A DNA stretch of 64,000 nt from Candidatus Kerfeldbacteria bacterium (GTDB taxonomy: Bacteria > Patescibacteriota > Patescibacteriia > UBA10025 > JAHIVO01). The notes under the pieces were generated by a model. The model was not told where the DNA came from. It ran no database searches and saw only the letters and a program-made list of their open reading frames with translations. The first letter of the stretch is position 1. The number at the start of each line of letters is the position of its first letter. Shown here one piece after another: positions 45,670-54,736 of the stretch. The stretch covers positions 969,041-1,033,040 of the forward strand of contig CP181398.1 in NCBI GenBank assembly GCA_047946875.1, in the 5' to 3' direction. The position numbers and the translations under genes are program-made.

Positions 45670-47919
45670 TTAATAATACACGGGAGCTTCTGGTATACAA
45701 CATTTCCATTCAATATGAGAACAATAATATTTAACACCACTAGCATCATAAAGATCGTAATCATCACATTCATTTATAAATTTATTAATACACGTACCAC
45801 CCTCATCTTCGCATGTACTTGTGCTACATTGTCCGCTCATACAATAACTTCCTGCTTCGCACTCACCACAATCAAAACATCCATCAACACTTTGACCACA
45901 CACTTTATCACCGCACGAGTTTTGTATTAATTCATTAGAGCAATTCGCATCAGCAGTACCAACATCAGCACATATATCGGTCGTACACCTATCTCCATCG
46001 TCACATTCGCTGTTAGTACTGCAGAGATAAAGATATTCTATTTCAACTGTCAATTTTCGTTCTTCTGTGGGAACACTGTCATCAGAAACTGATAGTGGGC
46101 TAATTTTTACATTTGCCTCTATATCAGTCCATGAATTCCCGACTTGTAATGCTACATTCCTACTGGCGGCGTTAAACCAATTTCCACACTCGCCATATGG
46201 AGGTCCACAAAGATCAATTAAATATGATTTAGCACTATTTGGGAAATCTACTCCTGCTGAACGTTCTGTAGTATGAACAAGTGCACCTGTAATAAGATTA
46301 GACCAATTAACTGAAGTCTCATCATAGCCAATTGGCTGGCGGTACTCTACATATACATAATGATCATCTCCACGTGGTATTTTAAGAGCTTTTAACTTTG
46401 ATCTGTCTGCAATTTCAATCGGATACAACTCATATATTCCATTGGCATCAACTGTTTGAATTTCTGTGCCGTCAATAAACCATCCTGTTACATCTTTATG
46501 GAGAGCATTATAATGAGACATTGCTGTATTGCCCATAATTTCATGGCTATCGCGATATTCATCGCCACTATCAAAAACACATTCACTTAATGGTGTTGTA
46601 AAGGCGTTACACCGAAGAACCGCAGCATGACGATTGCCAAAATTATGCCCAAGTTCATGTCCGGAATTAATTGAAATTTGCCTAAAATATGAATCATAAT
46701 TTGGTACACCTTCATAGGCTGGATAATATCTAGATTGAAGTGTTACACGTCCTATTTCATATTCATCACCCGGGTTCGTACCTGGTATTGTCATTTCATC
46801 CTGATCAGCAGACCCAAGACTTGCATATGCAGCCCACCAACATGGACTACCATCACTCTCCTGCCAAGGTGCTACGACAACTACATGATCGTATTCCGTA
46901 AAATCAATGTCATCAGCATCATAGGCTTTTTGCATAGATTGTTCAAAAAATGTTTTTAAATATGTTTCATAATCACAAGTAGTATTGAAATCAACCTTAT
47001 ACCGTGAACTTGGATTGCTAGGATAAATATCAGCTGTTTCTCCAGGATTTACTACTCCTCTAAAGCTTAATTGGTTATATGAGTTTTCTAGATAGTAATC
47101 GTTTGTATTATCCATTACTTTTCCGATAGTTTCATGCTCTGGGCTTGTTTCAGATGTATTGGCAAAGTTAACCTTTAAGATTATTGTTTTACGTTCACCA
47201 AGATATGATGTATTAGATTTGTCTTGTGTCACTAAATATCCCGATATGCCATCAGCAGGATTTTCAATTAAATTCCGCGCCCCGTCTAATAATAACTTAT
47301 CATCAAGCACATATCCAATAATTTCAGCCGTGGTACTTGAAACTGTAATATCTTTTGGTGGTACGGATGGGAACAGATTTATTGAGTTATCATCATTTGT
47401 AATAAAGGTATATGAGTCTTTACTGATGCCTTCTCCAAAATTATCAAAAGTATTTATATAAACCTTTCCGTCATACGTAGTTAATATTTCTGAACAATTA
47501 GTAGCATAGGTATTTACTTTATCAAGCTCTGCTTTGGTAAATACTGATTCTAAAGCTGCAGATGAATCCATCTGCATTAGATCTGATAAAAGCTGTTTTC
47601 TGATAATAATAAGGGATTGGATTGTACTGACATTCTTCCCTGCTGCCAAGGCTGCTCTGAGATCAGTATTTACTTTGTTCATTGAGCTTATCATCTCCTT
47701 AATATCAGTACTGTCTGCTACTGGTTTTTCTAATATCAACGGCTTTGATTCAGTACACGTTACTTTTACTATCCTTCGTTCAATAGATGACGTTGGTGTA
47801 CTAAAAAATCCAACAACAATCCCTGTCGCCAAACACAAAGACGCTCCCATCATAACCGCAATAATGATTTTTTCTTCAATTGAAACTTTGGTTTTTATTT
47901 GTGGTTGATCTAATTTCAT
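45670..47919 (-). CDS. Membrane-anchored reprolysin-like zinc metalloprotease with a variant C-terminal Cys-rich module; paralogue c
   Basis: The start was trimmed to MKLDQPQIKTKVSIEEKI (47917-47919). Zinc motif SGHELGHNFGNRHAAVLRCN. The C-terminal Cys-rich module ends KCCIPEAPVYY. Confidence 0.8.
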   Translation of the reverse strand: MKLDQPQIKTKVSIEEKIIIAVMMGASLCLATGIVVGFFSTPTSSIERRIVKVTCTESKPLILEKPVADSTDIKEMISSMNKVNTDLRAALAAGKNVSTIQSLIIIRKQLLSDLMQMDSSAALESVFTKAELDKVNTYATNCSEILTTYDGKVYINTFDNFGEGISKDSYTFITNDDNSINLFPSVPPKDITVSSTTAEIIGYVLDDKLLLDGARNLIENPADGISGYLVTQDKSNTSYLGERKTIILKVNFANTSETSPEHETIGKVMDNTNDYYLENSYNQLSFRGVVNPGETADIYPSNPSSRYKVDFNTTCDYETYLKTFFEQSMQKAYDADDIDFTEYDHVVVVAPWQESDGSPCWWAAYASLGSADQDEMTIPGTNPGDEYEIGRVTLQSRYYPAYEGVPNYDSYFRQISINSGHELGHNFGNRHAAVLRCNAFTTPLSECVFDSGDEYRDSHEIMGNTAMSHYNALHKDVTGWFIDGTEIQTVDANGIYELYPIEIADRSKLKALKIPRGDDHYVYVEYRQPIGYDETSVNWSNLITGALVHTTERSAGVDFPNSAKSYLIDLCGPPYGECGNWFNAASRNVALQVGNSWTDIEANVKISPLSVSDDSVPTEERKLTVEIEYLYLCSTNSECDDGDRCTTDICADVGTADANCSNELIQNSCGDKVCGQSVDGCFDCGECEAGSYCMSGQCSTSTCEDEGGTCINKFINECDDYDLYDASGVKYYCSHIEWKCCIPEAPVYY
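47395..47730. repeat. About 330-bp near-identical direct repeat (copy 2) shared with 37815..38150
   Basis: See copy 1. The duplicated antisense ORFs 37954..38328 and 47534..47908 (both MVNTDSKAADESICIRSDKSCFLIIIRDW...) are a by-product of this identity. Confidence 0.7.
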
Positions 47920-47990
47920 AGATTTATTATTATACGATTTTTTTAGTTGAATGGGCATTAGTACAAAATATTATGAACGGATAGTATATT

Positions 47991-50900
47991 TTATCTATGC
48001 ACTGGCGTTGAACAACATGCATGATTTGGATAGTTTGCACAATTAACAGAACATTCGCAATAATAATCTCCTTGGCCATTATCCCAACAGGAATACCCGC
48101 CACTACATCCGCATACTCGGCAATCCGTATCAATTAGTTGGCCATCTTCGCATAACAGAGCGCCATTACCCACTCCATTACATGCTCCGGCGGGAGTACT
48201 TCCACAATCTGAATAACAATAGTTATCAAGACATGTATTACCTCCTACACACGATCCATTATAATCTCCACATACGGAACAATGTTTCCATGTATCCCAA
48301 CCGCATTCATAATCACCACATTCACTTGCTACAGGAGCGTTTGTGCAATATGAATCAACCCCAGTTCCAACACAAATATCATTCGTGCATAAATTACTAT
48401 CATAACAATCTTCATTAACACTACACGTTATAACCGTAAGCGTCATTGATACTGTGTTGAACTTCTCTGGATTTGCTACTTCCCTCACACCAAAGGTGAG
48501 ATCATAACTGCCAACCTGTTCTATAGTAGGTGTCCACATAAATACTCCATTGGCAGAAAGAAGGTTAGCTCCAGCTGGCAGATTGTCCACATAATATTCT
48601 ATCGCATCACCATCAAAATCCATGCCTTTCAAAAGAAGATTAAAGGAAGAACCAGCAATTACTTCTCGATCATCGATAGCACGGATAACTGGATCGTTAT
48701 TGATATATGTCCAATAAATATCCCAATTAGACCCGCCAGCTCGATTATCCATCCAAACAACTTTATCTCCTGATATTGCTGGATTTGTTTGTCTGTCTGT
48801 ATCAAAAGTCAACTGTACTCCACTTAAAGTGGGATTAGCTAAATCATAGAAATAAATATCATCATTGCCACTTCGTGTGTCCATAAATACAATATAATCT
48901 CCATCAATCGAAGGTTGTTGTTGATCTGCTGGATGATCAAATACTCTTTCCATTGTCTGACTAGTAATATTATAGATAAACAGATTATAATTATATGTAT
49001 CCCATACTATATTACCATCCGAAAAATCAAGTTCTCTAAGCCAAGTAGCCTTGCTAACAGCCAACTGTGCCCCAAGCTCTGGCTTATCAAGTTGGTAATA
49101 ATAAATATCATCATCATCTAGAAAATCACGCGGCGTAGAAAAAAACACAATTGTATCACCATCCATACTTGCATCATATGACTGTATTGAAGAATCATCA
49201 GTTAACTGTTGTATACCTAAACCCGGATTAATAATATCAAACAAATATATTTCTTTCGGACCTGTCCCCTCATCATGAAATACGATTTTGTTATTCGCCA
49301 TATCCATTTTAGAATTACAACACCCAATAAGTCCGGTAGCAGCTAACTGCTCTCCTGCAACCGAATTATTAAGATCATAGTAATATATTTCTTTTTTAGT
49401 ATAATCAAGCCAGACGATATAATTTTGATCTACAATAGGATACCTCTGAAAATCTGAATCAAATGTAATTCTTTGTTCTCCGGCCCCAGGATTATTCAAA
49501 TCATAATAATAAATATCATAACCATTACGCTCATCTTGCCAGACGATTATATCACCACTAATTTGTGGTCTATTTTGACTACCTAAATCCGTCGTAAGCT
49601 GAATAGGCGGAATTATACCAATGCTAACTGTTTGTGTATCAATAAAATAACCCACCGATGTGCTCACTATAAGCTTCAGAGTATAAACACCTAGTTGTAA
49701 ATTATGTACATCCCACTCACCAATCACTCCGTTATCAACATCTGTAAAACCCTCTATAATCTGTGTCCAAGTATCTGGATTTGTACCTTCCCCATAATAT
49801 AATTTATAATCATCTAGCTCTGCCACAATTCCCAGTGCATTTGCATTACCCATAACTGAAACAAAGTTCTCGCCAGCCAAGAAAAGTTCTGACAAATATA
49901 TTGTCTCAACTGGTTGTGTAATCAACGCTACAGTATCAAGATGGAATGGATATAAATTATGATTTTCAGCTGCATTAATGATAGCGCCTAGATGTGGTGT
50001 GCCATTTCCCAAGTTAGCATCATTATCATCAATAATAAGTAAATCAAGCACAGCACTAGGAATATCAGATGAATTAGCTAATATAGTTGGTAATACAATA
50101 TCTTCGGCTGTTTCCGCGCCAAGTGCTCGCCTAAGATCCCAAGCTAAACCAACCCATGCTTGTCCTAGATCATGCTCATCAACACCCTCGGGATTTTCAG
50201 GATACTGGTAATCATTATCCGCTGTTCGTATATGTTCACCCATTGCCCAGTAATTTTCTCCAATTAATGGTTGGCCAGTAGCAAATGTTGAGAAAATATC
50301 AGCCCATCCTTCAGATAAACCTTTATTAGTAATGCCCCCAAGTTTATGATCCACAAAATGACCATACTCATGATAAATTATTGTGTCATAAGCAGGATTT
50401 AAACAAATCCCGTCGCCAGAGAGATAAAATTCAATATGGAAAAAATAGCGATCATATGATGCATTACATATATAATCTGGATCAGGGTTATTTACATGCA
50501 ACCGAACTGGATAATCAAGCCCAAAAAAAATTTCATTAATAACAGACACTTGGCTGCCCAATTCTGACTCTATCCAGTCATGAATAAAAGAACCATGATA
50601 GTAAGCATTTACCTGAACTGTAGAATGTTCATCATTACCCGTGGGATTCAAATGTATTATCTCATCAATACTTTCTGTCGCATTGTCATTTTCATAATAT
50701 ACCCATGGTTCGCTCCAAGTTCCACTAAAAAGATGTTCTCCTCTCATAGCAGCTGTAATACCAATTGGTGTAGTGCTAACATCAAGTGAGAAATCGCCTG
50801 ATTCATCAGTGTAAGCTACATCATTATCATCAGACCAAACTTTCATATTTTTTAATGGTGCTTCGGTCAAACTATCTCCTGTTGTCCTTGGATCAAATTC

Positions 50901-51989
50901 TACAAAACGTCCCGTTACATTGCCTTGTATCTGAGCAAAGATAAGGCCATTTTCCCGGAACACTTCACCGTTATCACGGTCTACTATTGCGATATCCGTA
51001 GAACCTTTAAAGGCATAAATATTAACTCTACGCCAAGCATTATCAATGTATCTAACTGATGATTCAACTATTGGTGTTTCATAATTACTATCATCAAGCG
51101 TGAGTGCTCCAACTATCGAAGCTTTATCTGTACTATCATCAATTCCCAGTACTTCTGTTGCTCGTTGTTCTAGTATTCTTTCTAACTGAGGCGTTGCTGT
51201 AACAAGTGACAATTCTGGATAAACATTACTTGACGCGTATTGGATGACACTTTCGGTGTCAGTCATTTTAATAGCGAAATGAACATAGGTGTCTTCAACC
51301 GGTAAACCGTCTTTCATTTGTACGAAGTCAACAAAGGCTGTAGCTGCTCTACTTTCTGTAGCTGGGATTATGACACTGTATGTTTCTTCAAAATTATTGA
51401 CTGATAGACTTCCAATTAAGTCAGAACTTAATTGGGACTGTACTGCATCAACAATAGCTTGTTTCTCTGTAATCTTAGTGGTCGCAATTAGTTCAGTTCC
51501 ACTCTTTCCGGCTAATAGTGCAGGCGGCTGCTGTTTGTTAAATTCACTTGTATTCCATTGATCAATGACCTCCTCATAATATGCCTGCTCTTTCGGATCA
51601 TATTCCGACTGGATAGCACCAAAAAAGACATCCTTCACACTGTCGTCAGCTCTTAGTGCTTCAATGCTTGAATATGGAATTGTTGCGTACAAAGCAACCT
51701 CTGATGATTGATCGGCAATTATTCCACCGCTTTTTTCAATAATACTGATAAGAGAGGTGGTATCGACATCAGTAACTAAGAGTATCATTGCATCCCTGTT
51801 TTGATCTACGGCAACTAAGGTATCTTCTGGTGGTGGTTGAATTGCTTCTATATCCTGATCAAGCTTTGAAAAAAGCAGCAATCCAAAAGCAGCACCAACA
51901 CATAATACCGCGATCATGCCTATTCCAAGCATTATCTTAGTCGCGTTGATTTGTCGTACCTTAACTTTAGTATCTTGTTGGTTTTCCAT
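47991..51989 (-). CDS. Membrane-anchored thermolysin-like zinc metalloprotease with PD40-like beta-propeller repeats and a C-terminal Cys-rich module; paralogue b
   Basis: The start was trimmed to MENQQDTKVKVRQINATKI (the ORF runs to 52007). IIYHEYGHFVDHKLGG plus GLSEGWADIFS. Repeats DIYYYDLNNPGAGEQ. The C-terminal Cys module ends ACCSTPVHR. Confidence 0.75.
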   Translation of the reverse strand: MENQQDTKVKVRQINATKIMLGIGMIAVLCVGAAFGLLLFSKLDQDIEAIQPPPEDTLVAVDQNRDAMILLVTDVDTTSLISIIEKSGGIIADQSSEVALYATIPYSSIEALRADDSVKDVFFGAIQSEYDPKEQAYYEEVIDQWNTSEFNKQQPPALLAGKSGTELIATTKITEKQAIVDAVQSQLSSDLIGSLSVNNFEETYSVIIPATESRAATAFVDFVQMKDGLPVEDTYVHFAIKMTDTESVIQYASSNVYPELSLVTATPQLERILEQRATEVLGIDDSTDKASIVGALTLDDSNYETPIVESSVRYIDNAWRRVNIYAFKGSTDIAIVDRDNGEVFRENGLIFAQIQGNVTGRFVEFDPRTTGDSLTEAPLKNMKVWSDDNDVAYTDESGDFSLDVSTTPIGITAAMRGEHLFSGTWSEPWVYYENDNATESIDEIIHLNPTGNDEHSTVQVNAYYHGSFIHDWIESELGSQVSVINEIFFGLDYPVRLHVNNPDPDYICNASYDRYFFHIEFYLSGDGICLNPAYDTIIYHEYGHFVDHKLGGITNKGLSEGWADIFSTFATGQPLIGENYWAMGEHIRTADNDYQYPENPEGVDEHDLGQAWVGLAWDLRRALGAETAEDIVLPTILANSSDIPSAVLDLLIIDDNDANLGNGTPHLGAIINAAENHNLYPFHLDTVALITQPVETIYLSELFLAGENFVSVMGNANALGIVAELDDYKLYYGEGTNPDTWTQIIEGFTDVDNGVIGEWDVHNLQLGVYTLKLIVSTSVGYFIDTQTVSIGIIPPIQLTTDLGSQNRPQISGDIIVWQDERNGYDIYYYDLNNPGAGEQRITFDSDFQRYPIVDQNYIVWLDYTKKEIYYYDLNNSVAGEQLAATGLIGCCNSKMDMANNKIVFHDEGTGPKEIYLFDIINPGLGIQQLTDDSSIQSYDASMDGDTIVFFSTPRDFLDDDDIYYYQLDKPELGAQLAVSKATWLRELDFSDGNIVWDTYNYNLFIYNITSQTMERVFDHPADQQQPSIDGDYIVFMDTRSGNDDIYFYDLANPTLSGVQLTFDTDRQTNPAISGDKVVWMDNRAGGSNWDIYWTYINNDPVIRAIDDREVIAGSSFNLLLKGMDFDGDAIEYYVDNLPAGANLLSANGVFMWTPTIEQVGSYDLTFGVREVANPEKFNTVSMTLTVITCSVNEDCYDSNLCTNDICVGTGVDSYCTNAPVASECGDYECGWDTWKHCSVCGDYNGSCVGGNTCLDNYCYSDCGSTPAGACNGVGNGALLCEDGQLIDTDCRVCGCSGGYSCWDNGQGDYYCECSVNCANYPNHACCSTPVHR

Positions 51990-52044
51990 ATATTTATTAT
52001 TAGACATATTAGATATTTATTTAGTAAATATGTGAAATTTATTT

Positions 52045-54399
52045 TTATCTATACACTGGTGTTGGACAACATGGATGATCATCATTAGCGGGATTATCAC
52101 AATTAACATTACATTCACAATAACGATTTTCTGGGTCCGTGAAGTTACATTGATAACCGCTTCTACACCCACAATCTAAACAATCTGTTTCAACTAATTC
52201 ACCATCAATACATATTTTTCCAGTATCGCCCACTATATTACATTCTCCTGGCAGAATACCACCTTCACAGATTTGTTCACAATAACCTTCATCAGTACAT
52301 ACGTCTCCATCATCAACACATAGTCCTTCATTATCTCCACAAGCAAAACAATGTGCCCATGAATCAAAACCACAAGTACGATCACCGCAACCACTTACAG
52401 CTGGAGTACTTTCACAGTGTGCATCGGGTGTCCCAGCGTCAACACAAGTATCTACTGTACACCAATCATCATCAGCACAATCTCTGTTAACTTTACAAAG
52501 AAATTCTACTTCTACTGTTAGTTTTCTTTCTTCCATTGGTACACTATCATCAGAAACAGATAGAGGCGTAATTACTACACCTGTTTCTAGATCAGTCCAT
52601 GAGTTATTAAGCTGAAGTGCTGTATTTTTGCATACACCACCCCAAGGTGAACAATTTCCGCAACCACCATAAGGAGGTCCACAAAGATCAAGAAGGAATG
52701 ATTTATTTCTATGAAAATCAATTCCAGCTGAACGCTCTGTGGTATGAATAAGTGCGCCAGTCATAAGATTAGACCAATTAACTGCAAACTCATCAAAACC
52801 AATTGGTTGACGATACTCAATGTATATATAGTGATCATCTCCTCGTGGTATTTTTATGGCTTTAAGTTTTAATCTATCAGAAATTTCAATAGGATATAAT
52901 TCATATGTTCCACTATTGGTAATAGTTTGAATTTCAATACCATTCATCCATCCTGTTACATCTTTATGGAGAGCATTATAGTGAGACATTGAATAATAAC
53001 CCATAATATCATGAGCATCTTTATATTCATCACTACTATTAAAAACACATTCGCTCAATGGAGTTGTAAGTGCGTTACAGCGAAGAAGTGCTGCATGTTT
53101 ACTACCAAGATTATGTCCGAATTCATGTCCAACAATCCTTGAAGAATTATTAAGATCAAATTCATAATTTGGATATTCCGGATCTTCATAAGGAGGGAAG
53201 TATTCTGAAATAGCTGTCATATAACTTATACTATACTCGTCACCAGACTCCGTACCAGGCACGGTAATAGCATCTTGATCATATGATCCAAGGGTTGCCG
53301 ATCCAAGCCACCCACACGAATCTCCGTCACTATGTTGCCATGGTGCTATTGCTACCACATGATCGTATTCCGTAAAATCAATACCATTAGCATCATAAGC
53401 AACTTGCATAGATTGTTCAAAAAAAGTTTCCCATATTTGATCCTCTTCCCCATGATCACATGTTTTATTCATACTAATCTTATACCGTGAATTTGGATTA
53501 ATAGGATAAATATCAGCTGAGGCTGTAGGGTTTGCTATACCTGCAAAGTGTAGTTGATTATATGAATTTTCTACATAGTAATCATCAACATTATCCATAA
53601 CTTTTCCGATAGTTTCATGCTCCGGGCTTGATTCAGAAGTATTGGCAAAATCAACTTTTAATATTATGGTCTTGCGCTCACCAAGGTATGCTCTACTAGA
53701 CTTTTCTAGAGTTACTCTATAGCCTGAAAGACTATTTGCAGACTTTTCAGCAAGGTTGTTTGCTCCATCAAATAATAGTTTATTATCAATAGTATAGCCA
53801 ACTATTTGAGCTACTGTTCTGGAAGTTGTTATTTCTGGTGGTGGTGTTGAAGGGAATAAACTTATTCTATTATTATTTGATACAAAGGTATATAGTTCTT
53901 TACTTATGCCTTCTTCAAAACCATCAAAAGTAGTTATATAGACTTTTCCATCATAAGTATTTAATATTTCTGTACAATTATTAGAGTAGGTATTTACTTT
54001 ATCTAGCTCTGCTTTGGTAAATACTGAATCCAAAGCTGCGGATGAATCTACCTGCATCAGATCTGATAAAAGCTGTTTTCTTTCAATAATGAGTTCTTGT
54101 ATTAAACTGACATTCTTGCCTACTGAAAGTGCTTGTCTGAGATCAATATTTAATTTACCCATAGAGTTTGTCATCTCTTCAATGTCAGTACTATCTGCTA
54201 CTAGTTTTTCTAATACCAGTGGCCTTGATTCAATACAAGTTACTTTTACTATCTTTTGTTCAACAAATGATATTGGTGTACTAAAAAACCCAACAACAAT
54301 CCCTGCTGCCAAACACAAAGACGCTCCCATCATCAGAGCAACGCCAATCTTTTCTTCAATTGAAACTTTAGTTTTTACTTGTACTTCGTTTGATTCCAT
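52045..54399 (-). CDS. Membrane-anchored reprolysin-like zinc metalloprotease with a C-terminal Cys-rich module; paralogue a (first gene of the array)
   Basis: MESNEVQVKTKVSIEEKIGVALMMGASLCLAAGIVVGFF. RIVGHEFGHNLGSKHAALLRCN (HExxHxxGxxH). The C-terminal module ends PCCPTPVYR. Confidence 0.8.
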   Translation of the reverse strand: MESNEVQVKTKVSIEEKIGVALMMGASLCLAAGIVVGFFSTPISFVEQKIVKVTCIESRPLVLEKLVADSTDIEEMTNSMGKLNIDLRQALSVGKNVSLIQELIIERKQLLSDLMQVDSSAALDSVFTKAELDKVNTYSNNCTEILNTYDGKVYITTFDGFEEGISKELYTFVSNNNRISLFPSTPPPEITTSRTVAQIVGYTIDNKLLFDGANNLAEKSANSLSGYRVTLEKSSRAYLGERKTIILKVDFANTSESSPEHETIGKVMDNVDDYYVENSYNQLHFAGIANPTASADIYPINPNSRYKISMNKTCDHGEEDQIWETFFEQSMQVAYDANGIDFTEYDHVVAIAPWQHSDGDSCGWLGSATLGSYDQDAITVPGTESGDEYSISYMTAISEYFPPYEDPEYPNYEFDLNNSSRIVGHEFGHNLGSKHAALLRCNALTTPLSECVFNSSDEYKDAHDIMGYYSMSHYNALHKDVTGWMNGIEIQTITNSGTYELYPIEISDRLKLKAIKIPRGDDHYIYIEYRQPIGFDEFAVNWSNLMTGALIHTTERSAGIDFHRNKSFLLDLCGPPYGGCGNCSPWGGVCKNTALQLNNSWTDLETGVVITPLSVSDDSVPMEERKLTVEVEFLCKVNRDCADDDWCTVDTCVDAGTPDAHCESTPAVSGCGDRTCGFDSWAHCFACGDNEGLCVDDGDVCTDEGYCEQICEGGILPGECNIVGDTGKICIDGELVETDCLDCGCRSGYQCNFTDPENRYCECNVNCDNPANDDHPCCPTPVYR

Positions 54400-54541
54400 A
54401 AGCCTATATTTCTATATATTTAAAATATTAAATTTAATATTAAAAAGCGGAGGAAATTCAAATAATATATTTCACCCCCACCCAACTATTAATTACCAAA
54501 CGATCTATTATTATTTTTTTGTTGAGTTCATTTCTACCCTA

Positions 54542-54570
54542 ACTATGGCACAAAAAATCCCTTTAGTCAA
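54542..54570 (-). promoter_or_regulatory. Copy 2 of the recurrent promoter cassette: TTGACT - 17 nt - TGcCATAGT (minus strand), 140 nt upstream of the first metalloprotease gene
   Basis: The plus strand reads tttctaccctaactatggcacaaaaaatccctttagtcaa. The reverse complement gives TTGACTaaagggattttttgtgcCATAGTtagggtagaaa. It is the only promoter-like element between the subtilase stop (54737) and the 54399 start. Confidence 0.55.
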
Positions 54571-54736
54571 TCTCTTTGAAATTAATAAACTAATAAATTA
54601 AAATATTATGAATTGCCAATTAATATTATAAAAACTATTTACCTATATACCAAAACACCACGGATATATATCCGTGGTGAAATGGTTACCCCTAAATTTA
54701 ATGATTTAAGGAATCATATTATATTCTATGAAAAGA

